From a virus: DNA of 64,000 nt. The notes beneath the pieces are model-generated. The model was not told where the DNA came from. It saw only the letters and a list, made by a program, of their open reading frames with translations, and did not search any database. The DNA lies in the UHGV virus genome UHGV-0286546; one strand, given 5' to 3'. A program made the position numbers and the translations under genes. Position 1 is the stretch's first letter; every line of letters begins with the position of its first letter. Positions 27,377-36,997 of the stretch are shown here, in pieces.

Positions 27377-27422
27377 TTTATTTAGACTATCCCTTTAAAA
27401 ATTATTGATTTAATTGATGTGC

Positions 27423-27809
27423 TTAGTAACTTTCTTCTGTTGGATATGGATTTTCTTCTTTAATTTTAGCAACTATTTCTGCTCTCTTAACTTTAAGAGC
27501 TTCAATCTCTGCTAGAATCTCTTCAGTCTCTTCTTCATCTCTTAAAGATTGTATTTGACAAGTGATTGGGTCTTTTTGGTCTCGATAAAGAGCTTCACGA
27601 GTCTGACGAACTTCTTCGTAGGTTGGAGTAGGTTTCTCAGGCTCTTCACCTGCAAAATACATTTTGCCGTCCCATGCTGTAACGATCTCTTTGTTAGTAG
27701 CTTCGATAGAGTCTAATGATATACCTAATGCAAACGCACCATCTTTTACAGCCTCGGCATCACTTCCTGAAAGTTTTATTTCATTATTTAGTAATCCAAT
27801 ATAAATCAT
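27423..27809 (-). CDS. Putative tail fiber assembly chaperone-like protein (paralog of 25495..25869).
   Basis: 128 aa. The start overlaps the stop of the upstream fiber gene (ATGA). Confidence 0.45.
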   Translation of the reverse strand: MIYIGLLNNEIKLSGSDAEAVKDGAFALGISLDSIEATNKEIVTAWDGKMYFAGEEPEKPTPTYEEVRQTREALYRDQKDPITCQIQSLRDEEETEEILAEIEALKVKRAEIVAKIKEENPYPTEESY

Positions 27810-29146
27810 TATTTTTCTCCTAAAGCGTATCTAAAAATTACGGCATCTGCTGTTACAGTACTATTATACACAAAAATCTGTCCTTTACCGATGTAGAACA
27901 TCCCACGGGCAGCATTCGCTACTGTTTTTGGTATTCCGCTGTTGAAAATAGGAGTTGTTCGGTTCTCATCTCCCTCAGCATATATTAAAGCCTGCCCATA
28001 AACATCTGTGCCATTTATTCTAATTTCTATATACCCATTTGCAGGAGCCTGAAAATAAGCCTGAGGTGCAAGAGATACAGATATTACTCTAGCACTTGAA
28101 GCAACACCAGATAGAAGTGTATTTCTTCCTGCAGCACTAAGATTGTCCATATCAACATTAGCTTTATTCGCTAGTTGCTCTAAAGCCCTTCCAGCATTAA
28201 TTAAATTGGCATCTTGTGCTGTTTCACCAACATAGAAGTACAGATACATTTCTGTTGCTCTTTGTTGTACCGGCGCTCCATTTTGGTAGGTTGATGATGA
28301 GAGAGAAGCATCAAATCCAAGTGAAAAGTTGACAGAATCGCTATTATTATTAGCTGGTTTAGAATACCACCCAATTGCGCCTAAGTTTTTTATGCCATAA
28401 AAACTTCCTGTCTTCTTAGGGTAATATGATGTAATAGCATTTCCGTCATTATTATATGCACTACCAGTAATATTCGGCAGGGTTTCTAGCACATAATTTC
28501 CGACATTGTTACGGCAGCCGACAAATCCCCATTTAGATTGAGGCAGCTTAAATTGTGTATTGGCTGTATCTAAGACATAATACCAAGCAACACCTTGAGA
28601 TGCGTATAGAGCGGAAACATCTGTATCCTCAGCGACATCTGCAATTCTGTAACCTTTCGGAGTAAGCTTATAGGTGATGTTTCCATCTGTCTGCTCTGTT
28701 CCTAAATTGTACTCTGACAACAGTTCTTCATAAGCCGATACATACACTGTTCCGGAAGCCCAATTCCCATTAGAAAGAAGCCAAGATGAATTATTTAAGG
28801 TATGGTCTACAAACTTAGCATCAAATAAGGAATAGGGATTATTAAGCTCAATCTCACGAGTTACATCTACACTTTCCTCAACACCAGTTGCTACTTGGAT
28901 AAAATATGGGTATTGAATAGCTTCTTGTTGAACTGGAGCATTATCTTGGTAGGTTGATGAACTGCGGGAAGCGTTGAAATTCATTTGATTATTATTAGAA
29001 CCGGAGCCCATGCCACCATAGGGATTATTACCATCATAAAAAGCACCTGAACCACCAGTTAGCCCATTTTGTCTCCCATAGAAAGTTCCTTTAATATTCG
29101 GCAAGCTCTCAGCCTTAATACTTCCCATCAAAGCTAAATCTTGCAA
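27809..29146 (-). CDS. Tail fiber / receptor-binding protein, paralog of 29216..30448. It has no ATG/SD start and is in frame with the upstream ORF across a single TAG.
   Basis: Shares SAYEELL, GVAWYYVLDT.N.QFKLP..KWGF, F(N/D)AS.SSSTYQ..APVQQ and ATEMYLYFYVG blocks with 29216..30448. The track start is a TTG with no SD. The 69-nt gap to the upstream stop is open in the same frame. Confidence 0.5.
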   Translation of the reverse strand: MQDLALMGSIKAESLPNIKGTFYGRQNGLTGGSGAFYDGNNPYGGMGSGSNNNQMNFNASRSSSTYQDNAPVQQEAIQYPYFIQVATGVEESVDVTREIELNNPYSLFDAKFVDHTLNNSSWLLSNGNWASGTVYVSAYEELLSEYNLGTEQTDGNITYKLTPKGYRIADVAEDTDVSALYASQGVAWYYVLDTANTQFKLPQSKWGFVGCRNNVGNYVLETLPNITGSAYNNDGNAITSYYPKKTGSFYGIKNLGAIGWYSKPANNNSDSVNFSLGFDASLSSSTYQNGAPVQQRATEMYLYFYVGETAQDANLINAGRALEQLANKANVDMDNLSAAGRNTLLSGVASSARVISVSLAPQAYFQAPANGYIEIRINGTDVYGQALIYAEGDENRTTPIFNSGIPKTVANAARGMFYIGKGQIFVYNSTVTADAVIFRYALGEK

Positions 29147-29215
29147 GCCATTGATATTAACAACCTTAGGCAGTCTGATTGTACCGGCTGTATCATCAAT
29201 AACAAACTTACCACA

Positions 29216-30448
29216 CTAACCAAGTTTAGAATTAGTGACTTCTGCCTGCCAGTTTGTTTCAGTTGCTGCAAGGTTAGGATTTAATTGGATAATAGTCTTA
29301 ATCTTGTTTGTAAAAGACACAAACTGAGATTGACTGATAACTTGTCCATTCAAGTACCTGCGTTTATTTTGTGTTTCATCAATACCAAGTGGCGCAATAC
29401 CGATGTCACCTATTTCTAAACTACCACCTGAATCTTTTTTAAGCTTTTCTACATCTGTAACAAGGGTATCTAAATTTACTTCACTCTCTACTATTACTGT
29501 ATTACCTACATAGAAGTATAAGTACATTTCAGTTGCGCGCTCTTGTACTGGAGCATTGTCTTTGTAGGTTGATGAACTGCGGGAAGCGTTGAAACTTGTT
29601 GTCCTTCCGCCACTATCTGTAGTTATCCAACTAGATGGTCCTGCTACATATTGCGGAGTTTCCAATTTAAAAGCTCCAGTCGGTGTAGAGGAATAAGCAG
29701 TATACTGAATAGCACCGGTAATATTCGGCACACTCTCTGATACGTAGTCACCAGCTTTATTTCTGAGTCCTGTGAATCCCCATTTAGTTCTTGGAAGTTT
29801 AAATTGTTTATTTTCAGTATCAATAACGTAATACCAAGCTACTCCTGTTTTTTCATAGAGAGAGGTGAGGTTAGCTAATTGATCTGGTAAACAAATTTTA
29901 TAATTATTTTCTGAACGATAGAAAGAAATAGTAATATCGTCTATTGTTTCGGTTTCAAGGACCGTAGAAGCACGTTCTTTTTCTTTTAATAATTTGTTAT
30001 AGGCAGATACATAAACAGCCGCAGAATGCCAAGAAAAGTTATCTGCGCGTGTCCAAGAGATATTATTAATGATATGATCTGACCATTTAAAGTCGAACAG
30101 ATTAAAGCCACTTATTTTAGAAGAATCTGCAGTAACTTCATCTGTAACATTATAAACGGTATTAAGATCTTTTTCTGCTAATGCAAGGTATTCAGCTGTA
30201 GTACCGTTCCAAATTTTAAGCATAGTATCGTTTGGATTAGCGTTTTCTATAGCTTTTACGGTAACTGCACCGTTTGTTCCTGTGTCTCCGTTAACAGAAG
30301 TAATACCAACATTGATATTGAGATCTTCTGTAGTTTTATTACCGTCTAATTCTACCCCATTAATTTTGGGTTTATTTATGAGGTCTTGGTAATCTGTAGT
30401 AGAAGAAACAGAATCTGCGATTATAATTTTACCTTGTCTAATACTCAT
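29216..30448 (-). CDS. Tail fiber / receptor-binding protein with an N-terminal DYxxLxNKPxINGxxL fiber motif.
   Basis: TDYQDLINKPKINGVELDGNKTTEDLNI is a common phage fiber motif. ATG start with an AAAGAGAGA SD. Ends with TAG and is in frame with the downstream 445-aa ORF. Confidence 0.55.
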   Translation of the reverse strand: MSIRQGKIIIADSVSSTTDYQDLINKPKINGVELDGNKTTEDLNINVGITSVNGDTGTNGAVTVKAIENANPNDTMLKIWNGTTAEYLALAEKDLNTVYNVTDEVTADSSKISGFNLFDFKWSDHIINNISWTRADNFSWHSAAVYVSAYNKLLKEKERASTVLETETIDDITISFYRSENNYKICLPDQLANLTSLYEKTGVAWYYVIDTENKQFKLPRTKWGFTGLRNKAGDYVSESVPNITGAIQYTAYSSTPTGAFKLETPQYVAGPSSWITTDSGGRTTSFNASRSSSTYKDNAPVQERATEMYLYFYVGNTVIVESEVNLDTLVTDVEKLKKDSGGSLEIGDIGIAPLGIDETQNKRRYLNGQVISQSQFVSFTNKIKTIIQLNPNLAATETNWQAEVTNSKLG

Positions 30449-30469
30449 TCTTATTATCTCTCTTTATAT

Positions 30470-31987
30470 TTAAGAATTTAGTTGTGCTTCTAAAGCGGCA
30501 ATTCTAGCTTCTAATGCATTAATTTTATTTGCCAGTGTTGTATTCTGAGTTTGCGCGTTATCATCTGTAATAAAGTACGTAACAGCATCATCATAAGTAG
30601 CTAATGCATCATATTCAGCAAGTGTACCTTTCCACAATCTACTATTTACATAATTATCTGATGTAACTACATTTTCAGGTACTTCGTAGGTATTCGTAAT
30701 TGTGTTATTTTCAATTTTAATACCATTACCTGCTGTTAAAGTATCTTGTTTAGTGTCTAATTTTTGGTCTGTTTCTGTTTTTGTATAGTAGTCACTTAAA
30801 TCAACGGTAGTTGAACCAATAAGCTCAAAAGATGAAGTACTCTCAAGCCAAATATATTCGTCGTAAATATTATCACCACTTACAGATGTTTTAGGCAGTA
30901 AGTATAATACCATTTTTTGACCAGTTGCAGGTAACGCATCAACAATTTTTATTTCAAATTGTGAAATACTTGCAATCGCACTAGCAACATCAGAGGCTGT
31001 TTGATACCCTGCATCATTAGTAAGAGAACTAACATTAGTAGGAATTTCAGATTTTAAAGCAATGTTAGGTTTATCAGCAGTATAAATAGGATCTGTTTCT
31101 GTTTGTAAAGCTGTAGCGCCCTTGCTTGCACCTTGCCTTATTACATCTAAATCAGAAATAACATCTTGCTTTTTAGCTAATTCTTCATTTACATAAGATG
31201 TGTCTGCTTTTCCAGAAATATCTTGATGTTCAGTCAAATATCCCGAATCATTCTCTAACTGAGATACTTTTGTCGGAATATCAACGCTTTTAGCATACGT
31301 ATTTTCTATTTCTTCTTTTGTATAAACATCTGTAATACCATACCCAGCAAGAGTAGTTGCTTTATCAGCTTTTTTATTTTCTAATGTATTTTCGACGGTA
31401 TTAACTCTTGTATTAGTAGCATAATCTCCGGCAGGTTGAATTCCTAACTCTCCCAAAGATCTATTACCAACTAAAGTAATGCCATTAACCATCGGTTTAT
31501 TAGTAAGTAATTCGTAATCTCTACTATCTGGTTGGTAGTCGCCTAAGAAGATAACTACTTCTGTTCTTACACCTGCCTCAAATGGTTTAGATAATACAAT
31601 CGTATCTTTGGCATCGTTTAAGTTAAATTCAGTAGAAAGAATCTGAGTATTTTCAATATTAACGTAGAAGATGTTTGCTTTACTTAATACTGTCATACCG
31701 AGTGGAATTTCATTACTATAACTCTCAAATGTATAACTAACTTTATATTGAGTCATAGAACCACCACCGACAGAAATCCATCTCGAAGTACCACCATCTG
31801 AGGTTGGTAATACGTTAATACTATCTATTGGAGCATTACTGGTTGCATCATATAAGTAGATTCTAGTATTTTCACGGATAACAATATATTCACCGCCTGT
31901 TTCATTATTATAGTTGGCGGCATCTGCGACGTGTTCTAACTGTCTAAAACCTAATTTTGTTAAATAAGAGGATACTTTGGTTGCCAT
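30470..31987 (-). CDS. Tail fiber protein with a C-terminal coiled coil.
   Basis: DYELLTNKPMVNGITLVGNRSLGELGI fiber motif. Repeats such as VSQLENDSGYLTEHQ. C-terminal LANKINALEARIAALEAQLNS. Confidence 0.6.
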   Translation of the reverse strand: MATKVSSYLTKLGFRQLEHVADAANYNNETGGEYIVIRENTRIYLYDATSNAPIDSINVLPTSDGGTSRWISVGGGSMTQYKVSYTFESYSNEIPLGMTVLSKANIFYVNIENTQILSTEFNLNDAKDTIVLSKPFEAGVRTEVVIFLGDYQPDSRDYELLTNKPMVNGITLVGNRSLGELGIQPAGDYATNTRVNTVENTLENKKADKATTLAGYGITDVYTKEEIENTYAKSVDIPTKVSQLENDSGYLTEHQDISGKADTSYVNEELAKKQDVISDLDVIRQGASKGATALQTETDPIYTADKPNIALKSEIPTNVSSLTNDAGYQTASDVASAIASISQFEIKIVDALPATGQKMVLYLLPKTSVSGDNIYDEYIWLESTSSFELIGSTTVDLSDYYTKTETDQKLDTKQDTLTAGNGIKIENNTITNTYEVPENVVTSDNYVNSRLWKGTLAEYDALATYDDAVTYFITDDNAQTQNTTLANKINALEARIAALEAQLNS

Positions 31988-31999
31988 CTTTTCTTCCTA

Positions 32000-34627
32000 T
32001 TATTTTAAAGTACGGAATCCACGATAAATTACAGCTATACCATTTTCTTGTACGTCTTCGGCTGCAAAGTTTAAGGTAATAGTCTTTGTCGCACTATCAT
32101 ATGTATATTGATTTGGATATTGGAATACACCATTTACATACAAGTCAAATGCAACATCGTCCGTTAACACTAATTGCTGTCCTACTGTATTATTAGCTGT
32201 AAAGAATTGTGGTGCAGGAATAACCATAGCCCCCATTTCTTGATTTAATCTTGCAATTTTAGCATATAAATCATCTACGGTATTTTGTAATGAACTACTA
32301 ACATCTAAATAGCTCAGTTGTGTTTGTAAACGTGGTACAATTTGAATAGCACCAGTAGAAGAGTTTAAATCCAGTGAAATACCATCAGGAACTTGGAACT
32401 TATCTGGTGAAATATCAAAAGATCCTGTAGTAGCATTCCAAGTAGCGTTACCTGGTCCATCATAGTATGTTTTACCCAGATTTAAGACGTATACATAAAC
32501 ACCATTCTGTAATACTAATTCTTCATATTTCCAAGCACCGGCTGTATATGTCGCAATTACAGGAGAGTTTGTAACACTATACTTAGCTACTAACGCTGTT
32601 AAACCTTCACGCGGTTCAATTTCGTATTCAGCATAAGCTCCATTTCCAGGTAATTCATTTTCAGTAGGTACCATAATATCAACTTGACCGTGATAGTGAC
32701 CTGGAATATGTACTGCATCAATTTGTTCTTTTACGTAATCTACAACTGCTTTATTTGTTGGGAATTTAACTGTGTTATCAGGATATAAAGAAATGTTCTG
32801 ATTTTTATTTTTAGTGTATTCATAAGTGTTATTAAATACTCTTTCCCATTTACTATTATCGAATGTATTACCTGATGTATGAGCTTCTTTACACCAATAA
32901 ACATCACCATTATATAAGACTTTAGAATGATATGGAGATACAATGTAAGCGGTATTTGCTTTCCAATCCGGTATACCTCCGAGTCGTTCAATATACTGTT
33001 CTGTTTCTTTTACTAAGTCCCATACTAAACCGTTTGTTGCAATGGTAAAATACTGATCTTCTGCAATTTTATTATTAGAAACATGTTGAATTGCTTCTTT
33101 TGATCTAATTCTCCATTTGCTGTCTTGTTCTGCATTTATATCAGTATCAGACATTCTTGTGAGGTTAGTTAAATCAGTTTTTGCTAATCCGGCTGTAGGT
33201 AAACCACTTTTAACAGCATATTCACAACCAATCTTTACAGAAGCAGAAGTCATACCTAAGATAAACAAGTTAGTTTCTAATTCAACTTCACCATATTGAG
33301 GTACACATTCAAATTCTGTTATCTGACCTGCTTCGTTTGTACCCGTAATTTTAACCAATAACAATTTCTGCATTGGAATACGAACAGTCGGATAATACTT
33401 ATCAACTGGTTCGTCTACCACATCATTATCTACTAAAGTTGTACAAGTATAGTGATATAAATTATCAGCCTCTAAGAAAGCATTAATCCTAATAACAAAT
33501 CTCTTACCACCAGCAATAATATCAATTTCTTTACCGTCTAAGTTTTCTTTACCAAACGGAATTACTGGTTCAAAAACTGTATCATCTGTACTTTCATCCG
33601 AATCTGTTGCAAATCGAACAGCAAAATCATAAAATTCACCGGTTAAATCTATTCCGGTATAGTAATATTGTCCAATTTCAAAAACATGTGAGCCTGAAAC
33701 AGCTTCGCCTGGAACATACTTAAATAATTTTTCAGAAGTTTTATACAGTAATTCGTAAGATGAAGAGTTCGAGTAATCTGTTTTTAAATATTGTCTTGCT
33801 GTCAATTCTTCATCCACATATTTAATTACTGCTTGAGAATTTGGATATTGTTCTGCAGAGCTAGCATTTGGATCTAATGGAATATACGTTACTTTATTTG
33901 TTGTTCTTTCAAGGTTTAATTCATTTTCAGGATTAAATAAGTTACCTTGCCAAACGTCTTTAGTTATATTAGAAAACGTATTAGTTGCTAAAACAGGACC
34001 GCTCATTGTTGCTGGTCTGTCTTCAATTTCTAATGTCAAGTTTGTAGTATTAACATTTGAAGCATTTGCATAAGCTAAAGGCCAATCACCAACTTCTTTT
34101 CCATAGTGAAGTGCTGGATCAACCAAATCTGCTGTATTTACATTAGAAGTATCAGCATAAGCAAGATTACCGTTTTCACCTCTTCCACGACCAGTTGTCA
34201 ACGTGCTTGTTATAACATTAGACATATCTTTCAATGCTAATTTACTTACTTCTTCTGCTAATTGGTCAGTATTAACAATTCCGTAATTGCCAAGTGTAGT
34301 TACAATATCATTTATAGCTTCTGCATCTTCAGTTTTTTCAATGTTAGATAAATCTGCATAAGCTAAGTTTTTATCATCAATTAAACCACGATTTTCTGCG
34401 AGAGCTTTTGTAGTAATATTTCTAGTATCTGCACGACAAAGAGGAATACCACCTTTAGTAATACCATTGTGAACACGTAAAGTAACGTTTCCGTCTACGC
34501 CCAATGTACCAGCTTCTTCATATCCTAAATCTGCAGTAACCTCAGCTAATACGCCAGTAAAATTCATATTAGAAACAGTATCACCTTTACGAATTGCTAC
34601 TGCGGTAGTGGTAATATAACTAGCCAT
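32000..34627 (-). CDS. Large tail fiber / baseplate-associated structural protein.
   Basis: 875 aa. Thr/Asn/Gly-rich with repeated NLAYAD(T/L)SN(V/I) motifs. Confidence 0.5.
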   Translation of the reverse strand: MASYITTTAVAIRKGDTVSNMNFTGVLAEVTADLGYEEAGTLGVDGNVTLRVHNGITKGGIPLCRADTRNITTKALAENRGLIDDKNLAYADLSNIEKTEDAEAINDIVTTLGNYGIVNTDQLAEEVSKLALKDMSNVITSTLTTGRGRGENGNLAYADTSNVNTADLVDPALHYGKEVGDWPLAYANASNVNTTNLTLEIEDRPATMSGPVLATNTFSNITKDVWQGNLFNPENELNLERTTNKVTYIPLDPNASSAEQYPNSQAVIKYVDEELTARQYLKTDYSNSSSYELLYKTSEKLFKYVPGEAVSGSHVFEIGQYYYTGIDLTGEFYDFAVRFATDSDESTDDTVFEPVIPFGKENLDGKEIDIIAGGKRFVIRINAFLEADNLYHYTCTTLVDNDVVDEPVDKYYPTVRIPMQKLLLVKITGTNEAGQITEFECVPQYGEVELETNLFILGMTSASVKIGCEYAVKSGLPTAGLAKTDLTNLTRMSDTDINAEQDSKWRIRSKEAIQHVSNNKIAEDQYFTIATNGLVWDLVKETEQYIERLGGIPDWKANTAYIVSPYHSKVLYNGDVYWCKEAHTSGNTFDNSKWERVFNNTYEYTKNKNQNISLYPDNTVKFPTNKAVVDYVKEQIDAVHIPGHYHGQVDIMVPTENELPGNGAYAEYEIEPREGLTALVAKYSVTNSPVIATYTAGAWKYEELVLQNGVYVYVLNLGKTYYDGPGNATWNATTGSFDISPDKFQVPDGISLDLNSSTGAIQIVPRLQTQLSYLDVSSSLQNTVDDLYAKIARLNQEMGAMVIPAPQFFTANNTVGQQLVLTDDVAFDLYVNGVFQYPNQYTYDSATKTITLNFAAEDVQENGIAVIYRGFRTLK

Positions 34628-34697
34628 ATTAAAGTAAATTCCTATTTTTGATTTTTTATAATTTTCACTTAATGTTTAGAACTTAATAAATGTAAAT

Positions 34698-36983
34698 TTA
34701 GAAGTCTATTCTTACGGAACATTCAACAAGTTTCTTAGTACCTGGATTTTTATCAATGACTTTACCTAAACATCTTCCATATTCTACTGTAGATGCATGT
34801 CCTTTTTTAATTCTTGACAAGTAAATTTTATCACCGAACTTAGGCATGCAGTTTCCATCCATTAATACAGGAACACGTCCAACCAAAGCAACAGGTAAAT
34901 GTAAATCTGTTTTTCTTTCACCTAACTGATATCCAGGTTTCGTAGAGATAACTCCATTACAATCATCGATAGCGATTGAAATTTCAGCACTACCTTTACC
35001 AACTGTAATTAATGTACCGGGCTCATAGAATTTATCAGCTTCGTAGTATTCTCCCAAGTCAGCCCACCAAGCTCTAAAAGATGTACCATAGAAAGATATA
35101 CCTGAGTCAGTGATATATGGGTTAGCTGTCGTACTATCAAACGGAGCTTTTGTACCTTTACCTAATACAATTTTATCAAAACGTACATAAGATTCTACAT
35201 TGATCGGATTACCTAATCTACTACCTGTTTGATTTGGGTTTGTAGGGATTGTTGTTTGTAAATAATTATCTTTAAGTACTTTAGGAGTAACAGCAGACTG
35301 ATCAGCGGAATTTGCATTAGTTAATACTTCTTTTACTTCAAAATCGGTTGCATATCTAGTTGTGCCGAAAACAGCTGTACTCGCTTCGTTTCTTAAATCT
35401 AATGCCAATCGAATTGAGTTAGTACTTGTACACCATCCTAAAAATGAATCAGTTTTAGTTAAAGTAGGTTTACCAGCATTTTCATCTTTATCACAATACA
35501 GAGGTTTATTTAACCATTCTGCAGGAAAATTCCATTGAAAAGCAGGTTGTTCTACAGCAGTAATAATAAATCTAGCACCAGAACCATATCTAGGCAATTG
35601 TGAACGAGGATCGTAAACTGCAGGTAAAACTAATGGATTTGCTTCTAACTTAATATTACCTACACTTGGACCTACAAAAGCAAAACTCGTAATACCACCA
35701 ATTTCATTTACACCGGTAATTTTTACTTTAAGATTTAATCCTTCTGCTGCCAAAATCAACAATTCATCGTATAATTCATAATCAGCACCAACAGCAGCAA
35801 GCTCAACAGAATATTGAATAGGTACACTCTTATTTACAATTTCACCTGAATAAACAATACTGTTACCTACACGTAAACCAATTGGCATTTTCTCATTTGG
35901 AGCAGCCGGATCATTAAAATATCTACCTTGTGCCAATTCATATTTGAGGCTTGTAGTATTCCAATAAACAAACGTATAATTATTTACATCACTTGCAAAC
36001 TGCTCTGTACGTACATTAACGAAATTATCTGCAGGTTGGAAATATGCCCAGTCAGGATCATTTGGATTTTCAGATGTGAGCGTTCTAGGAACAGCCAACG
36101 CAGGAATACCAGAACCATATAAGCTATCTACTACATAACAGTTATATGGACGCATCTTAGGATCATTTGGATAAATCAACATAGATTCGTTCGGTACTTC
36201 TGGAATACTCGATACTGCTTCATTAATAACATCCAGATTTGAAACAACACCTAAGTTACTTAAAATTGCATTAAAGTATAATCTAATTGCATTACCAACA
36301 CGAGATACTGAAGTTGCATATTTAGTAATCGTATTAGGTAACGTAGCAACACCAAACAATACGTCTGAAGTATTATTAGTCGGATCTTTTACATATAAAC
36401 CGATTGCACCAATATTCCATTGTTCTTTACCGTCATCGGCAATAGCACCTAAGCCTTCAGGAGGTAAACTAATAATATATTGTAAACCACCAGAAGCAGT
36501 ATTGAAACGCCATTTTAAAATCTGATTGATATATGGATTACCATCTGCATCAACTGTCCATTTAGCGCCTTTTGTACCTACTGAAAATACAACTTCACCT
36601 GCCTGTAAGAAATCATTATCTGTCCAGTTTACAACAGGTGTAGAAGGGTCAGTAATTGTATGATTAATGATTTTAATACCAGTGAAATATAATTTAATAC
36701 CACCTCTTGTTACATCAGTCAATGCAGCAAGACCAGCAGTTGTAATGACTAAGCTGTAATTAGGATCAGGATCGATAGTTTTCCAGTTTACACCGTTATA
36801 TTGTTCGAGTTCCCATCCATTTGAGTCACTACCTATTGCACAGAATAAACCTGGTTTTAAGCGAGCCACGTTCATTACAAAGAAATTATCTCTACTTACT
36901 GGTTCACCATCACCAGTTCTTCTCGAGAAAAATAAATCTGCTGAAATGTCATATTGTACAAGTTGTGCGCGTGTTACTAACAT
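34698..36983 (-). CDS. Tail fiber or baseplate structural protein.
   Basis: 761 aa. Gly/Asn/Thr/Val-rich beta-type composition within the late structural operon. Confidence 0.45.
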   Translation of the reverse strand: MLVTRAQLVQYDISADLFFSRRTGDGEPVSRDNFFVMNVARLKPGLFCAIGSDSNGWELEQYNGVNWKTIDPDPNYSLVITTAGLAALTDVTRGGIKLYFTGIKIINHTITDPSTPVVNWTDNDFLQAGEVVFSVGTKGAKWTVDADGNPYINQILKWRFNTASGGLQYIISLPPEGLGAIADDGKEQWNIGAIGLYVKDPTNNTSDVLFGVATLPNTITKYATSVSRVGNAIRLYFNAILSNLGVVSNLDVINEAVSSIPEVPNESMLIYPNDPKMRPYNCYVVDSLYGSGIPALAVPRTLTSENPNDPDWAYFQPADNFVNVRTEQFASDVNNYTFVYWNTTSLKYELAQGRYFNDPAAPNEKMPIGLRVGNSIVYSGEIVNKSVPIQYSVELAAVGADYELYDELLILAAEGLNLKVKITGVNEIGGITSFAFVGPSVGNIKLEANPLVLPAVYDPRSQLPRYGSGARFIITAVEQPAFQWNFPAEWLNKPLYCDKDENAGKPTLTKTDSFLGWCTSTNSIRLALDLRNEASTAVFGTTRYATDFEVKEVLTNANSADQSAVTPKVLKDNYLQTTIPTNPNQTGSRLGNPINVESYVRFDKIVLGKGTKAPFDSTTANPYITDSGISFYGTSFRAWWADLGEYYEADKFYEPGTLITVGKGSAEISIAIDDCNGVISTKPGYQLGERKTDLHLPVALVGRVPVLMDGNCMPKFGDKIYLSRIKKGHASTVEYGRCLGKVIDKNPGTKKLVECSVRIDF

Positions 36984-36997
36984 ATTTTATAAAATCC

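Noticed and set aside
32000-34627. HIPGHYHGQVDIM segment of the 875-aa fiber protein as a metallophosphatase motif.
   Set aside because: It does not match the GDxHG/GNHE signatures. The rest of the protein is a typical Thr/Asn-rich fiber sequence.
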